Origin: Candidatus Cloacimonadales bacterium
Lineage (GTDB): Bacteria > Cloacimonadota > Cloacimonadia > Cloacimonadales > DAONDQ01
Direction: 5' to 3'
NCBI GenBank assembly: GCA_963662275.1
Contig: OY759316.1
Span: 1,280,001 to 1,344,000 of the forward strand
DNA: 64,000 bases
The position numbers and the translations under genes were made by a program. Below are positions 20,794 to 32,912 of the stretch, in pieces (the stretch's first letter is position 1; each line of letters opens with the position of its first letter). The notes beneath the pieces are model-generated. The model was not told where the DNA came from and did not search any database. It saw nothing but the letters and a program-made list of their open reading frames with translations.

Positions 20794-21693
20794 ATGCCAA
20801 ACAAACTTATCAGAGGTATGGCTGGTCAGGAGACATTTCGTTTCTTTGCAGTGGATGCGACCAATGTTGTGCAGGATGCTGTGAATAAGCATCAATTGTC
20901 GGTTACTGCAACAGTCCTGTTTGGCAGGATGCTGATTGCCGGTTTGATGATGGGAAGCGATCTGAAAAATGAGACAGATTCCCTGACTTTGAAGATCAAT
21001 GGCGATGGAGCCATTGGCGGTGCACTTGTAGATTGCCGTTCTAATGGTCGTATTCGCGGATATGTATTCCATCCTGAAGTTGAACTTCCCCTCGAAGAAA
21101 ACTCAAAAAATATACAAGTAGGTAAAGCGGTGGGTTCAGGTATATTGACGATAATCAAGAAATTTGGAATCTCTGCCCCTTACCAAAGTGAAGTTGAACT
21201 CCAGACAGGTGAAGTGGCGGATGACCTGGCTTATTATTATGTGCAATCGGAACAGATTCCCACGGCTGTATCACTCGGTGTGCTTGTGAATCCGGATGCA
21301 ACAGTCAGACGTGCAGGCGGTTTTATGGTTCAAGCATTGCCAAATGCCCCCGAAGAAATGCTGGAACAACTGGAAACAAATATCAACAACATGCCTTATA
21401 TGTCTGATTTATTGGATATGGGGCTGACAATTGAAGAGATATGTGCAAAAGTGCTTTTCAAAAATATGGATCTTCAAATTACTGAAGAACAAGATGCTCA
21501 ATACTATTGTTCTTGCTCCAAGGATTCTTTTGCTCGGGGATTAAGCTTGCTTGATGTTTCAGACTTGGAAGAAATCAAATCTGAACCCGTGACGACTCAT
21601 TGCCGTTTTTGTAATAAAGAATACACTTTTTCCAGGCAGGAAGTCACAGATATCTTGGAAAAGAAGATACAAACAACTAAATTTAACAAATAA
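20794..21693 (+). CDS. hslO: Hsp33 redox-regulated chaperone
   Basis: DLAYYYVQSEQIPTAVSLGV, AGGFMVQALP, CxC and CxxC zinc motifs. Confidence 0.93.
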   Translation: MPNKLIRGMAGQETFRFFAVDATNVVQDAVNKHQLSVTATVLFGRMLIAGLMMGSDLKNETDSLTLKINGDGAIGGALVDCRSNGRIRGYVFHPEVELPLEENSKNIQVGKAVGSGILTIIKKFGISAPYQSEVELQTGEVADDLAYYYVQSEQIPTAVSLGVLVNPDATVRRAGGFMVQALPNAPEEMLEQLETNINNMPYMSDLLDMGLTIEEICAKVLFKNMDLQITEEQDAQYYCSCSKDSFARGLSLLDVSDLEEIKSEPVTTHCRFCNKEYTFSRQEVTDILEKKIQTTKFNK

Positions 21694-21710
21694 TATAAAT
21701 AGGAGGAATC

Positions 21711-22910
21711 ATGAAAAGAACCGTTGTTGTTGCTGCTAAACGCAGTCCAATCGGTAGTTTTGGTGGTGTTTTTAAGGAAGTTTCAGCCATTGAGTTATGT
21801 ACACAAGTAGTGAAAGCCATTCTACAGGAAACTGGAGTCAAACCGGAAATGATTGATGAAGTTATCATTGGTAATGTCTGTGGTGCTGGTTTAGGACAGA
21901 ACGTAGCACGCCAGGTAACAATCAAATCAGGATTACCTGTCTCCGTTTCTGCATATACTGTTAATAAAGTTTGTGGTTCAGGTATGAAGACAGTTGCTCT
22001 TGCTGCAAATATGATCGCTATGGGTGATGCTGATATCATCCTGGCTGGTGGAACAGAAAATATGAGTCAAATCCCGTATATCCTTCCCGATGCCCGCTGG
22101 GGTGCCAAAATGGGAGATAAGACAATGGTCGATCTGATGATCCGAGACGGACTCAGCGATATCTTTAATAATTATCATATGGGCTTGACAGCAGAGAATC
22201 TTGCAATCCAGTACAATATTACAAGGGAAGAGCAAGATGCTTTTGCTGCTGCTAGCCAGAATAAAACAGAGATCGCCATGATCTCCGGTCGTTTTAATGA
22301 GGAAATTGTACCTATCGTCATTCCGCAGCGTAAAGGTGATCCAATTATCGTTAAGACAGATGAATTCCCACGCAAAGGTACAACCATTGATGCCCTGGCA
22401 AAGCTTCGTCCTGCTTTCAAACCGGATGGCACAGTGACTGCCGGAAATGCTTCCGGTATCAACGACAGTGCCGCTATGCTTCTTCTCATGGGAGAAGATA
22501 AAGCAAAGGAATTGAACTTGGAACCTATCGCTTACCTGGTTTCAAGTGCTTCAGGTGGAGTTGATCCATCAGTAATGGGCTTCGGTCCTGTGCCTGCCAT
22601 CCAGAAAGCTCTTGATAAAGCCGGATGGAAGTTGCATGATGTGGAATTAGCTGAACTGAATGAAGCGTTTGCCTCACAATCGATTGCTGTGATAAAAGGA
22701 CTTGAGGAAGCTGGTTTAGGTAAGCTGGATGCGGATATTATCAATGTCAATGGTGGTGCTATTGCACTTGGTCATCCAATCGGAGCCAGTGGAACCCGGA
22801 TCATAGTTACTTTATTGCATGAAATGATGAAACAGGATAAGAAAAAAGGATTAGCTTCCCTTTGTATCGGCGGTGGTATGGGAATTGCTACAACTTGGGA
22901 AAGAAAATAA
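21711..22910 (+). CDS. acetyl-CoA C-acetyltransferase (thiolase)
   Basis: NKVCGSG, NEAFA, GHPIGASG, SLCIGGGMG. Confidence 0.95.
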   Translation: MKRTVVVAAKRSPIGSFGGVFKEVSAIELCTQVVKAILQETGVKPEMIDEVIIGNVCGAGLGQNVARQVTIKSGLPVSVSAYTVNKVCGSGMKTVALAANMIAMGDADIILAGGTENMSQIPYILPDARWGAKMGDKTMVDLMIRDGLSDIFNNYHMGLTAENLAIQYNITREEQDAFAAASQNKTEIAMISGRFNEEIVPIVIPQRKGDPIIVKTDEFPRKGTTIDALAKLRPAFKPDGTVTAGNASGINDSAAMLLLMGEDKAKELNLEPIAYLVSSASGGVDPSVMGFGPVPAIQKALDKAGWKLHDVELAELNEAFASQSIAVIKGLEEAGLGKLDADIINVNGGAIALGHPIGASGTRIIVTLLHEMMKQDKKKGLASLCIGGGMGIATTWERK

Positions 22911-22920
22911 GGAGTATCTT

Positions 22921-25016
<2,096 letters not shown>

Positions 25017-25141
25017 TACAGTCACGAAGTAACTTTTCCCCCCACTTTTGCAAAGAGGGGGATTAAGGGGGCGTTAGTTCTTCCTATAGTCTGAAATCGT
25101 CACTTTCATGTAAAGTTCATTCACAATAAAAAGGAGTCATC

Positions 25142-25621
25142 ATGAATAGAATCATACTGATATCAGTACTCATCATCGTGTGTAGTTTTGTATGGGCACA
25201 AGATTCTAAGTTTGGGGCAGGTATTATTTACTCAGACCCATCTGGAATTAATGCGAAATGCTGGTTAGATTCTAAATCAGCTCTTGATCTGTCACTTGCC
25301 TGGACTGAGGACAATCATATCCATAATACAGTGATTAGTGCTGATTACATTTGGCATACAAATTCTATCGATGATGGTAATGTGGCAAATCTTGTTGCAT
25401 ATTTAGGACTAGGTTTCCGGGCAGATTCTCATCCCGATGCGAATAATCAGAACAGTGATAATTCCTCTGTGAAACTGAGAACACCAATTGGATTTGATTT
25501 GCTATTCCATGACATTCCTATGGATTTATTCCTGGAATTTGTTCCCATGATGCAGTTTCAACCTGTCTCAGAAGCAGATTTCCGTATGGCTATTGGCATC
25601 AGGGTGTGGCCGTTCAGGTAG
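25142..25621 (+). CDS. small outer-membrane beta-barrel-like protein
   Basis: Signal peptide, GAGIIYSDPSGINAK, LRTPIG, LFLEFVP, aromatic C-terminus. Confidence 0.6.
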   Translation: MNRIILISVLIIVCSFVWAQDSKFGAGIIYSDPSGINAKCWLDSKSALDLSLAWTEDNHIHNTVISADYIWHTNSIDDGNVANLVAYLGLGFRADSHPDANNQNSDNSSVKLRTPIGFDLLFHDIPMDLFLEFVPMMQFQPVSEADFRMAIGIRVWPFR

Positions 25622-25628
25622 GGCAGAA

Positions 25629-25691
25629 GGTGCTAGGGGTTAGGTGTTAGGTGTTAGGTGCTAGGTGCTAGGTGCTAGGGGTTAGGTGTTA
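25629..25691 (+). repeat. heptamer array x9 (GGTGCTA/GGTGTTA/GGGGTTA)
   Basis: 63 bp = 9 units, preceded by GCAGAA. Confidence 0.95.
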
Positions 25692-25713
25692 GTGACAAGT
25701 ATAATTATCAGTA

Positions 25714-26076
25714 TTAAATATTGTTAAGCTTGATTCGCAATGTTGCTAGCATCTTGCTAATTTCATTTTGTAGATCAATGGAAGTTTTTGCTTGTCTTTC
25801 TGTAATGTATTGAAGACGAATTGCTAAAATGATTTGCGTTTCTGTTTCTGCCAGCGAGCCTTGTGCTATAGAAATGAAATGCAGATATTCAGCTTTGGAA
25901 TTCCTACCTTTACCTTCTGCTATATTGGATGGAATTGATACTACTGCTCTGCGAATTTGATTTGTAAGACAATACAATTCGTCATTTGGAAAATTCTTGC
26001 TCAATTGATATATTTCAACAGTTAAGTCCATTGATTTCTGCCATACAATCAAATCTTGATAACTTTTTACAATCAT
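25714..26076 (-). CDS. four-helix-bundle protein (23S rRNA IVP-like family)
   Basis: YQDLIVWQKSMDL, FPNDELYCLTNQIRRAVVSIPSNIAEG, IAQGSLAETETQ. RBS AGGAGG. Confidence 0.93.
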   Translation of the reverse strand: MIVKSYQDLIVWQKSMDLTVEIYQLSKNFPNDELYCLTNQIRRAVVSIPSNIAEGKGRNSKAEYLHFISIAQGSLAETETQIILAIRLQYITERQAKTSIDLQNEISKMLATLRIKLNNI

Positions 26077-26109
26077 CTTTCCCTCCTATTATTGTTTCCT
26101 AATCTTCAC

Positions 26110-26438
26110 TAACCCCTAACACCTAGCACCTAGCACCTAGCACCTAGCACCTAGCACCTAGCACCTAGCACCTAGCACCTAGCACCTAACACCTAGCACC
26201 TAGCACCTAACACCTAGCACCTAGCACCTAACACCTAGCACCTAGCACCTAACACCTAGCACCTAGCACCTAGCACCTAACACCTAGCACCTAACACCTA
26301 GCACCTAGCACCTAACACCTAGCACCTAGCACCTAACACCTAGCACCTAACACCTAACACCTAACACCTAACACCTAACACCTAACACCTAGCACCTAAC
26401 ACCTAGCACCTAGCACCTAACACCTAGCACCTAACACC
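26110..26438 (-). repeat. heptamer array x47 (TAGCACC/TAACACC on + strand)
   Basis: 329 bp = 47 units, ending in TTCTGC. Inverted relative to 25629-25691. Confidence 0.95.
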
Positions 26439-26443
26439 TTCTG

Positions 26444-27538
26444 CTATATAATCTCTTCCATCTTCAACTTAGAGTTAAATTCTTCCTCTTCCAATATTTC
26501 CATTTCTGCTAATGCTGCATCCAGGATGGCTACTCGTTCTTTGTAAGGAACGAAACCGCTCTTAAAGCCATTGATGATAATTCCTTTTATATCACGGTAG
26601 CTTAGACCCAATAATTCGATTGCCAGCATATACTCATCGGTTACAGTCGTATCGGAGACGGTACGATTATCAGTATTCAAAGTGACTCTTAAGCCATAAT
26701 CAAGATAGAAATCAACCGGATGCATCTGGATGGATTTCACTGCTTTTGTATGGAAATTACTTTTTAGACAGATTTCCATAGGAATACGATGATCATTCAC
26801 ATAATTCAGCAAGTCACCATCTTCAACCAGCCTGGTTCCATGTCCAAGACGATGTGTACCGCAATAATGAAGTGCCTGGTGGATACTGTCAGGTCCATAA
26901 GCTTCACCTGCATGGATAGTTATATTCAGGTTATTTTTCAGAGCGAGTTCAAAAGCATCACGATGTTCCTTCGCCGGATGATTATACTCAGCACCGGCAA
27001 GATCAAAACCAATGACACCACGATTCTTATAGGCAATTGCCAGTTCCGCAAGTTTCAGCGATGTAGCCGGATCCATGTTCCTGATACCGCATATAATGAC
27101 ACCTGTTTTTATATTGAAAACACGCTCTGCAGCTCGAAGACCTTCGATTACAGCATCTGAGATTTCTGTCAGTTTCATACCCTGGTTAGTATGCAGGATT
27201 GGAGAATAACGAACTTCCATATAGCGCACGTTTTCTTTCGCTGCATCTTCTGCCAGTTCATAGGCTGCACGATACAATCCTTCCCGGTTCTGCAGGACGA
27301 GATTCACGATATGGAAACCTTGAAGATATTCGTCCAAGCTTTCACAGGCTTCTGAACAACAGACGATCTTTGCCAATTTTTTGGGATCAGTTTCTGGAAG
27401 CTTGACATCGAATTTTTTAGCAAGGTCAATGATCGTGGCAATACGTACAGAACCATCCAGGTGAACATGCAGATCAACCTTAGGTAATTTTTCTATAAAT
27501 TCTCTTCTTAGTTTCATTTTTCCATCAATTTTTGTCAT
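26444..27538 (-). CDS. add: adenosine deaminase
   Basis: LPKVDLHVHLDGS, GFDLAGAE, TIHAGE, RLGHG, NTDN. Confidence 0.93.
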   Translation of the reverse strand: MTKIDGKMKLRREFIEKLPKVDLHVHLDGSVRIATIIDLAKKFDVKLPETDPKKLAKIVCCSEACESLDEYLQGFHIVNLVLQNREGLYRAAYELAEDAAKENVRYMEVRYSPILHTNQGMKLTEISDAVIEGLRAAERVFNIKTGVIICGIRNMDPATSLKLAELAIAYKNRGVIGFDLAGAEYNHPAKEHRDAFELALKNNLNITIHAGEAYGPDSIHQALHYCGTHRLGHGTRLVEDGDLLNYVNDHRIPMEICLKSNFHTKAVKSIQMHPVDFYLDYGLRVTLNTDNRTVSDTTVTDEYMLAIELLGLSYRDIKGIIINGFKSGFVPYKERVAILDAALAEMEILEEEEFNSKLKMEEII

Positions 27539-28098
27539 TTTTCACTCCATTTATTCATAAAGAATATGTTTTCTTTGGGTTTGCGTTTCCTGCTTCCGGC
27601 AAAAGAACTCACTGCCTTGGCATATAGTGTCTTCTTATCTTTAGGGTAACCGAAAGGACAGATTGCGATTACACGAATAGAATCAGGTATGTCAAGAAAA
27701 GCTTTTATGCTTGTTTCAGAAAATGCTCCCAGCCAACAGGAACCAACCCCGAAATTCCAGGAGGTAAGAACCATCTGCTGCAAGGCTATAGCTGTATCCA
27801 CTAGATAATAGGATTGTCCATTTAAGACCAAATCCTCCTTGGGTTCAGCACAGGCGATTACTACAAAGGCTGCATCCTTCATGAAGCTGTTCACTAAACC
27901 GATGAATCCGCAATGCAGCGGTAATTTCTGTATCAAAGCCCGATCTGTGATCACAAGAAAACGCCAGGGCTGCCGATTCTGGGTGGAAGGTGCCCACCTG
28001 CCTGCTTCCAATATCTGATCGATAATCTCCTGGGGTACAGGTTCAGTCGTAAAACTACGTACACTCTGACGAGAAAGAACGACATCCATAAATTCCAT
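27535..28098 (-). CDS. nitroreductase family protein
   Basis: RQSVRSF, APSTQNRQPWRF, GVGSCWLG, GYP. Confidence 0.9.
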   Translation of the reverse strand: MEFMDVVLSRQSVRSFTTEPVPQEIIDQILEAGRWAPSTQNRQPWRFLVITDRALIQKLPLHCGFIGLVNSFMKDAAFVVIACAEPKEDLVLNGQSYYLVDTAIALQQMVLTSWNFGVGSCWLGAFSETSIKAFLDIPDSIRVIAICPFGYPKDKKTLYAKAVSSFAGSRKRKPKENIFFMNKWSEK

Positions 28099-28313
28099 AT
28101 TTAATCCTTTTACAAAGATTCTGGAGTTCAAATGCCCTATGTTGAGTATAAATTATTCCACTGACTAAAAGGGCATGCGGACTTCAGAATCGATACTTTA
28201 TCAACTACTCTCCATTCATTCAAAATCAACTTCCAATATAAGTAAATGAAAAGAAGAAGTCAAAGAAAATCTATATCTTACTTGTATTGAGCAATATGGT
28301 TTCATCGCTATAT

Positions 28314-28381
28314 CATTACGGTAGCATTACGGTTTTTTACCGTAATGCTACCGTAATGCTACCGTATTGCTACCGTAATGC
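28314..28381. repeat. 11-bp repeat in inverted arrangement (about 2 copies facing 4 copies)
   Basis: CATTACGGTAGCATTACGGT, a T run, then TACCGTAATGC x4 (one variant). Confidence 0.85.
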
Positions 28382-28389
28382 TCTTATGT

Positions 28390-28487
28390 TGTAAATTAGC
28401 ACAAGCTGAAGACAGTGACTACCGACCGGTAGTAGTATCCTTCAGGTTACTGTAAAATTGCACAAGCTAAAGACAGTGACTACCGAC
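28390..28487. repeat. about 1.5 copies of the 61-bp REP-like element
   Basis: GCACAAGCTRAAGACAGTGACTACCGAC twice, around GGTAGTAGTATCCTTCAGGTTACTG. Confidence 0.85.
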
Positions 28488-28490
28488 GTG

Positions 28491-30824
28491 CTACTTCAGC
28501 ATCAGCATTTTCTTCGTTACACACTTATCTGTGGCGTTCAGACGATAGAAATAGACTCCGCTTGCGCAGGCTTTTCCATCTCCGTCTTTTCCATCCCAGA
28601 TAATTTTATGCAATTCCAACGGCATATTCTCATTGATCAATTGCCTTACTTTCTGCCCTCTGATATTATAGACAGACAAGGTCACATGGGATGACTTGGG
28701 AATACTGAAAGAAATCGTTGTACTTGGATTGAATGGATTGGGATAATTGTACAGAATTGTAGCGCCTACTTCAGGAGGTAATTCATCTTCATTCCCCACC
28801 GGTATCGATCCAAACTCATAACAGCCCATATCGATGCGGTTATTCCAGATACGGTAATTGCCTGCCAGATCTGAGATAGGCAACGCAAGTCCTGTAGTAT
28901 CCTGTGTACCGGAATCGATACAGAGAGAACCTGCTGCCAGCGAATAGCGTAACGGGTCATATTCGTCACCTCCCAGGAAACCGGGACTTGAGGAGATATT
29001 ATGATTCAAATAATAGACATGATTTGCAGTACTTGAGTTCAATATGCCGGTCTGCCCATTCTGAATACTGTTGTAGTCTAAAGTCAGATCTATATGTTCC
29101 CCATTATCAGGGACGGGAACATGTATTTCATAAGGTGTCTGATTAAGAAAGATTGAGTTCTGTATATGCGCTATCCCATATAGCTGCAAATTGTAATCAT
29201 GTCCAAAATTGTCAACAAAGTCGCAATTTGAGATATTAATATTTGCATTATTGGCAGCACCAAAGTTGATAATACCATTTTCCCCATTAATATTTGAAAA
29301 CAAAGTGTTATTAATGTTCATGGTAATTGGTTGGGCGGGATTATCAACACCGCCAAAAGCAATACACTGAGAATGACTGTCAGCCATAGCCATATGGTCA
29401 AATATGCAATTTTCAATGGATGTATCTGATAATTTTAACCAGATTAAAGGATGAGCCCAGGCACTGACATAAACTGCCGTTGACCTGCAGTTTGTGATCT
29501 TCCAGTTTTTCATCATTCCACTGAACTCTCCATAAATATTAACTACGCTGCCATCATTAAAGGTAACATTATCTATGATAAGACCATCGATAACACTATC
29601 TCGTAAAAAATCTAAAGAAATCAGGTCTGCTTGATACAGAGTTAAATTTTCAGCTTTAATATTTCGAAACGTAATTCGACTTCCTTCAGTACCCCCAATC
29701 AATTTACCATTCATTGAATCCACAAAAGATAAACTCACATCTGCTAGTGTATAATTGCTCTTATAACTTGTTGAAATATCTGTGACATAAATAGAGGAAA
29801 ACTGAGGATGATCCTCTCCAATGATGATTGTACTATCCATTCCTGCCCCAACCACATTCACCCAGCTTTTCATGGTAATGGGGAATATCTGCTGATTTGC
29901 CGTTAACGAAAAGGTTCCCGGCAATATGTGGACAGTCTTTGGATTCAGGCTATCCGCAGCTATGCGGTAGATAGCAGTATGAATTGTCTTTAATGCTGAC
30001 AGGGGAGATAAGCCATCATTCTCATCATTGCCTAAAGGTGACACATAAAGATCATGATTAATTTCTTGAGTAAAGGCGTTTAGGATATGTAAGTTCATGT
30101 AATTCTGATACCCATAATCATTGCAATTCTGAGCAAAATAATTACTTGGATTCAAGACTGTAAAAGTATCCAGGTAAATATCGATATCAGTCCTCGTTCT
30201 CCACACCAGGATATCCTGACTGCCACCGGCGATATTATTATAAATTGAGCAGCGGTTAACAGGATCGAAAGTAACCAAAGAACCTGAATTCGTAATCAGG
30301 ATCCCTCCTCCTCCTGCCAGGCAACGATTATGATAGATTTTAACTCCTGATAAAGTAACAGCAGATCCAGCGGTAATAATCCCGCCCCCCCCCAAAGCGA
30401 TATTATTGAATATTTTGCAGTTTTGAATTATAGCTGTAACATTAGGAGATATTCCTATTCCACCACCATTCCCATTGTTGAATCCATTAGTAAGGGAAAA
30501 TCCCCTAAACTCAATATCCTGGGTATTCGAGAATACTTTAAAGCATGTATATATTGCATTTCCATCTATAATAGTGGAATCAATGTAAGCCGGATTATTG
30601 GTGACTGCTTCCAGACTTTCCAAAGTCAAATTATTGGTACTGATAGAAACATTCTCCACGTACCTTCCGGGGTGAACCAGCACCACATCTCCACTGGCAG
30701 AGGCATCTATGGCAGATTGAATCGTGGTATATTGCTCTGAGCCATCAATATCTACAATGCGGGTAATTCCAAACAACAATCCTAATGAACAGATAAGGAA
30801 TATCAACAGCATCTTTTTTGACAT
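28491..30824 (-). CDS. secreted beta-helix/DUF1565-like protein with FlgD-Ig CTD (type B)
   Basis: Signal peptide, YTTIQSAIDAS..GD.V.V.PG.Y.E, HDLYVSPLGNDENDG..DSLNPKTVH, IDMGCYE, YPNPFNP CTD. Confidence 0.85.
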   Translation of the reverse strand: MSKKMLLIFLICSLGLLFGITRIVDIDGSEQYTTIQSAIDASASGDVVLVHPGRYVENVSISTNNLTLESLEAVTNNPAYIDSTIIDGNAIYTCFKVFSNTQDIEFRGFSLTNGFNNGNGGGIGISPNVTAIIQNCKIFNNIALGGGGIITAGSAVTLSGVKIYHNRCLAGGGGILITNSGSLVTFDPVNRCSIYNNIAGGSQDILVWRTRTDIDIYLDTFTVLNPSNYFAQNCNDYGYQNYMNLHILNAFTQEINHDLYVSPLGNDENDGLSPLSALKTIHTAIYRIAADSLNPKTVHILPGTFSLTANQQIFPITMKSWVNVVGAGMDSTIIIGEDHPQFSSIYVTDISTSYKSNYTLADVSLSFVDSMNGKLIGGTEGSRITFRNIKAENLTLYQADLISLDFLRDSVIDGLIIDNVTFNDGSVVNIYGEFSGMMKNWKITNCRSTAVYVSAWAHPLIWLKLSDTSIENCIFDHMAMADSHSQCIAFGGVDNPAQPITMNINNTLFSNINGENGIINFGAANNANINISNCDFVDNFGHDYNLQLYGIAHIQNSIFLNQTPYEIHVPVPDNGEHIDLTLDYNSIQNGQTGILNSSTANHVYYLNHNISSSPGFLGGDEYDPLRYSLAAGSLCIDSGTQDTTGLALPISDLAGNYRIWNNRIDMGCYEFGSIPVGNEDELPPEVGATILYNYPNPFNPSTTISFSIPKSSHVTLSVYNIRGQKVRQLINENMPLELHKIIWDGKDGDGKACASGVYFYRLNATDKCVTKKMLMLK

Positions 30825-30998
30825 ATCTTCTCCTGGATTACGATCTTTACCCCTGATCCCCTCCCTTTGGATAAAGGGAGGGGTAAGGGGAGAGTTTGAT
30901 TCATTTCTGAACCTGTGTATTATTTGTCATGGCTCCTCGCCTTCGCAAGGATGACAACTCAATGAACCAAATAAGAGGATAGACACATGGGTCTGTCC

Positions 30999-32468
30999 CT
31001 ACTTCAATAACATCATCTTATGAGTGATTGAAGTATCATTTGTGGTCATCTTATAGAGATACACTCCGCTTGCACATGAATTACCGGCTGTATCCTTTCC
31101 TTCCCAAATGACACTATGCAATCCTTTTGTAACAAAACCGCTTTGCAACGATTTAACCAACTGCCCCCTGATATTGTAGATATCTAGAGCTACCTTTGCA
31201 TCCTCTTTCAGATTATAGGATATTGTTGTTGTCGGATTAAAAGGGTTAGGGAAATTCTGATTTAGTGACGTAACTGCATTTACAGGTGCATTCATATCAC
31301 TGCCCTTTATACTTACCTGATAATATGGATATGCTGCATTTCCGTCAATAAATGATTTGTTAAGCTTACTGTTAGTTAGTCGAATTGACTTTAGTTCCTG
31401 AGGTTGATTCTTCGATTCGTAATAGAATACAAATTCCACGTTATCAGAAGTGATTGCTTCATCAATATCCAGATTGGCATTGAGTTGCACAAGACTATCT
31501 GTTACTACAACTGCGCCTTTGCAGATTGAATTCACGTAAAGACCGATTTCTTTCAGACTACTCATATTAACTTCTTTTAAATCCAGATAAACAGGAATGT
31601 AATCCAGTTTTGCAGGAAATTCAAAGTGCTTGGTCTCCGGTTTCTTGTCAGGGTTCGTTATACTCGGTGCCCCCCAATGGAAAGTACGGTTATTGCGAGT
31701 CGTTATGACAACCATATCTCCATAATTAAACGGGTAAATCTTGCTAGCACTAAGCCAAATATTATCATGAACGCGCGACATACACCAATCTTTCGTTTTG
31801 ACCATGATAACATTATTCCATATCGATGCTAAAGCAACCTGGGGCAGTGAACTATCCTTCAACGTATAGCCAATCCAATAATATTTATCAGGATCCTGAT
31901 CTAAAAACTTGTATCTATCTATAGCATGATCAAATATAGGATAGCAGCCAATATCAGAAGGCGTTCCATCAGAATCAAACATGATAGGGTCTCCGGCATC
32001 AATACAGGGAGATTTGACAGTTGCATTCCAGATGGGTTTATAATTGGTATCTAGTTGTGGATTAACATATTTGATTCCTGGATTGCTCAATGGATTCACC
32101 GTATAACCCACGATACTTGCTGAACCGCTTGCATTACGAAATATATTATAAGAAAGCTGAAGTTCAGAGGAAACGGGTGTGGAATAAAAAGAAAGTCCTT
32201 CATGATGGTTATCAAAGATATTGTTATGAATATCAGTATAACATTGATGTCCGCTGTCTTTCTGAATATAAACACCTTTGTAATTATTGGCAAAGGTATT
32301 ATTCCGCAATTTGATGGGGTTCAGTTCAGTTCCGCTGTTATGAAGACAAATACATGTGGAAGGGAAACCCTGGTTATTGTTTGGATTATACCAGTTATCC
32401 GTCAGAACGTTATTTGTGATTTCGACATTGTTTCTCCATATTTTATTATCATGTAGGGAGCAAGCTCC
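30999..32468 (-). pseudogene. 5'-truncated type A secreted protein with FlgD-Ig CTD
   Basis: Frame stays open upstream of TTG 32309 up to a TAG inside a palindrome (32469-32471). No signal peptide or RBS. Starts mid beta-helix and is homologous to the C-terminal part of the 1547-aa protein. Confidence 0.7.
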
Positions 32469-32493
32469 CTACATGAATTACGATGTAACATTC

Positions 32494-32852
32494 GGTAGTA
32501 GTATCCTTCAGATTACTTTCAAATCATCACTAAAGACAGTGACTACCGCCAGGTAGTAGTATCCTTCAGGTTACTGTAAAATAGCACAAGCTAAAGACAG
32601 TGACTACGGACCGGTAGTAGTATCCTTCAGGTTACTGTAAAATAGCACAAGCTGAAGACAGTGACTACGGACCGGTAGTAGTATCCTTCAGGTTACTGTA
32701 AAATAGCACAAGCTAAAGACAGTGACTACGGACCGGTAGTAGTATCCTTCAGGTTACTGTAAAATAGCACAAGCTAAAGACAGTGACTACCGCCAGGTAG
32801 TAGTATCCTTCAGGTTACTGTAAATTAACACAAGCTGAAGCAGTAGCCACCC
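32494..32852. repeat. tandem array of ~61-bp REP-like units (6 copies, first degenerate)
   Basis: GGTAGTAGTATCCTTCAGGTTACTGTAAAATAGCACAAGCTAAAGACAGTGACTAC starting at 32494, 32552, 32613, 32674, 32735 and 32796. Confidence 0.92.
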
Positions 32853-32912
32853 TTGTCCTCTACCACTTTTAATTTTTAATCTTTAATTTTTAATTGAAAT
32901 GAAGCTGCTGCT

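Noticed and set aside
25714..26076. 23S rRNA intervening sequence
   Set aside because: The flanks are protein genes and heptamer arrays, not rRNA.
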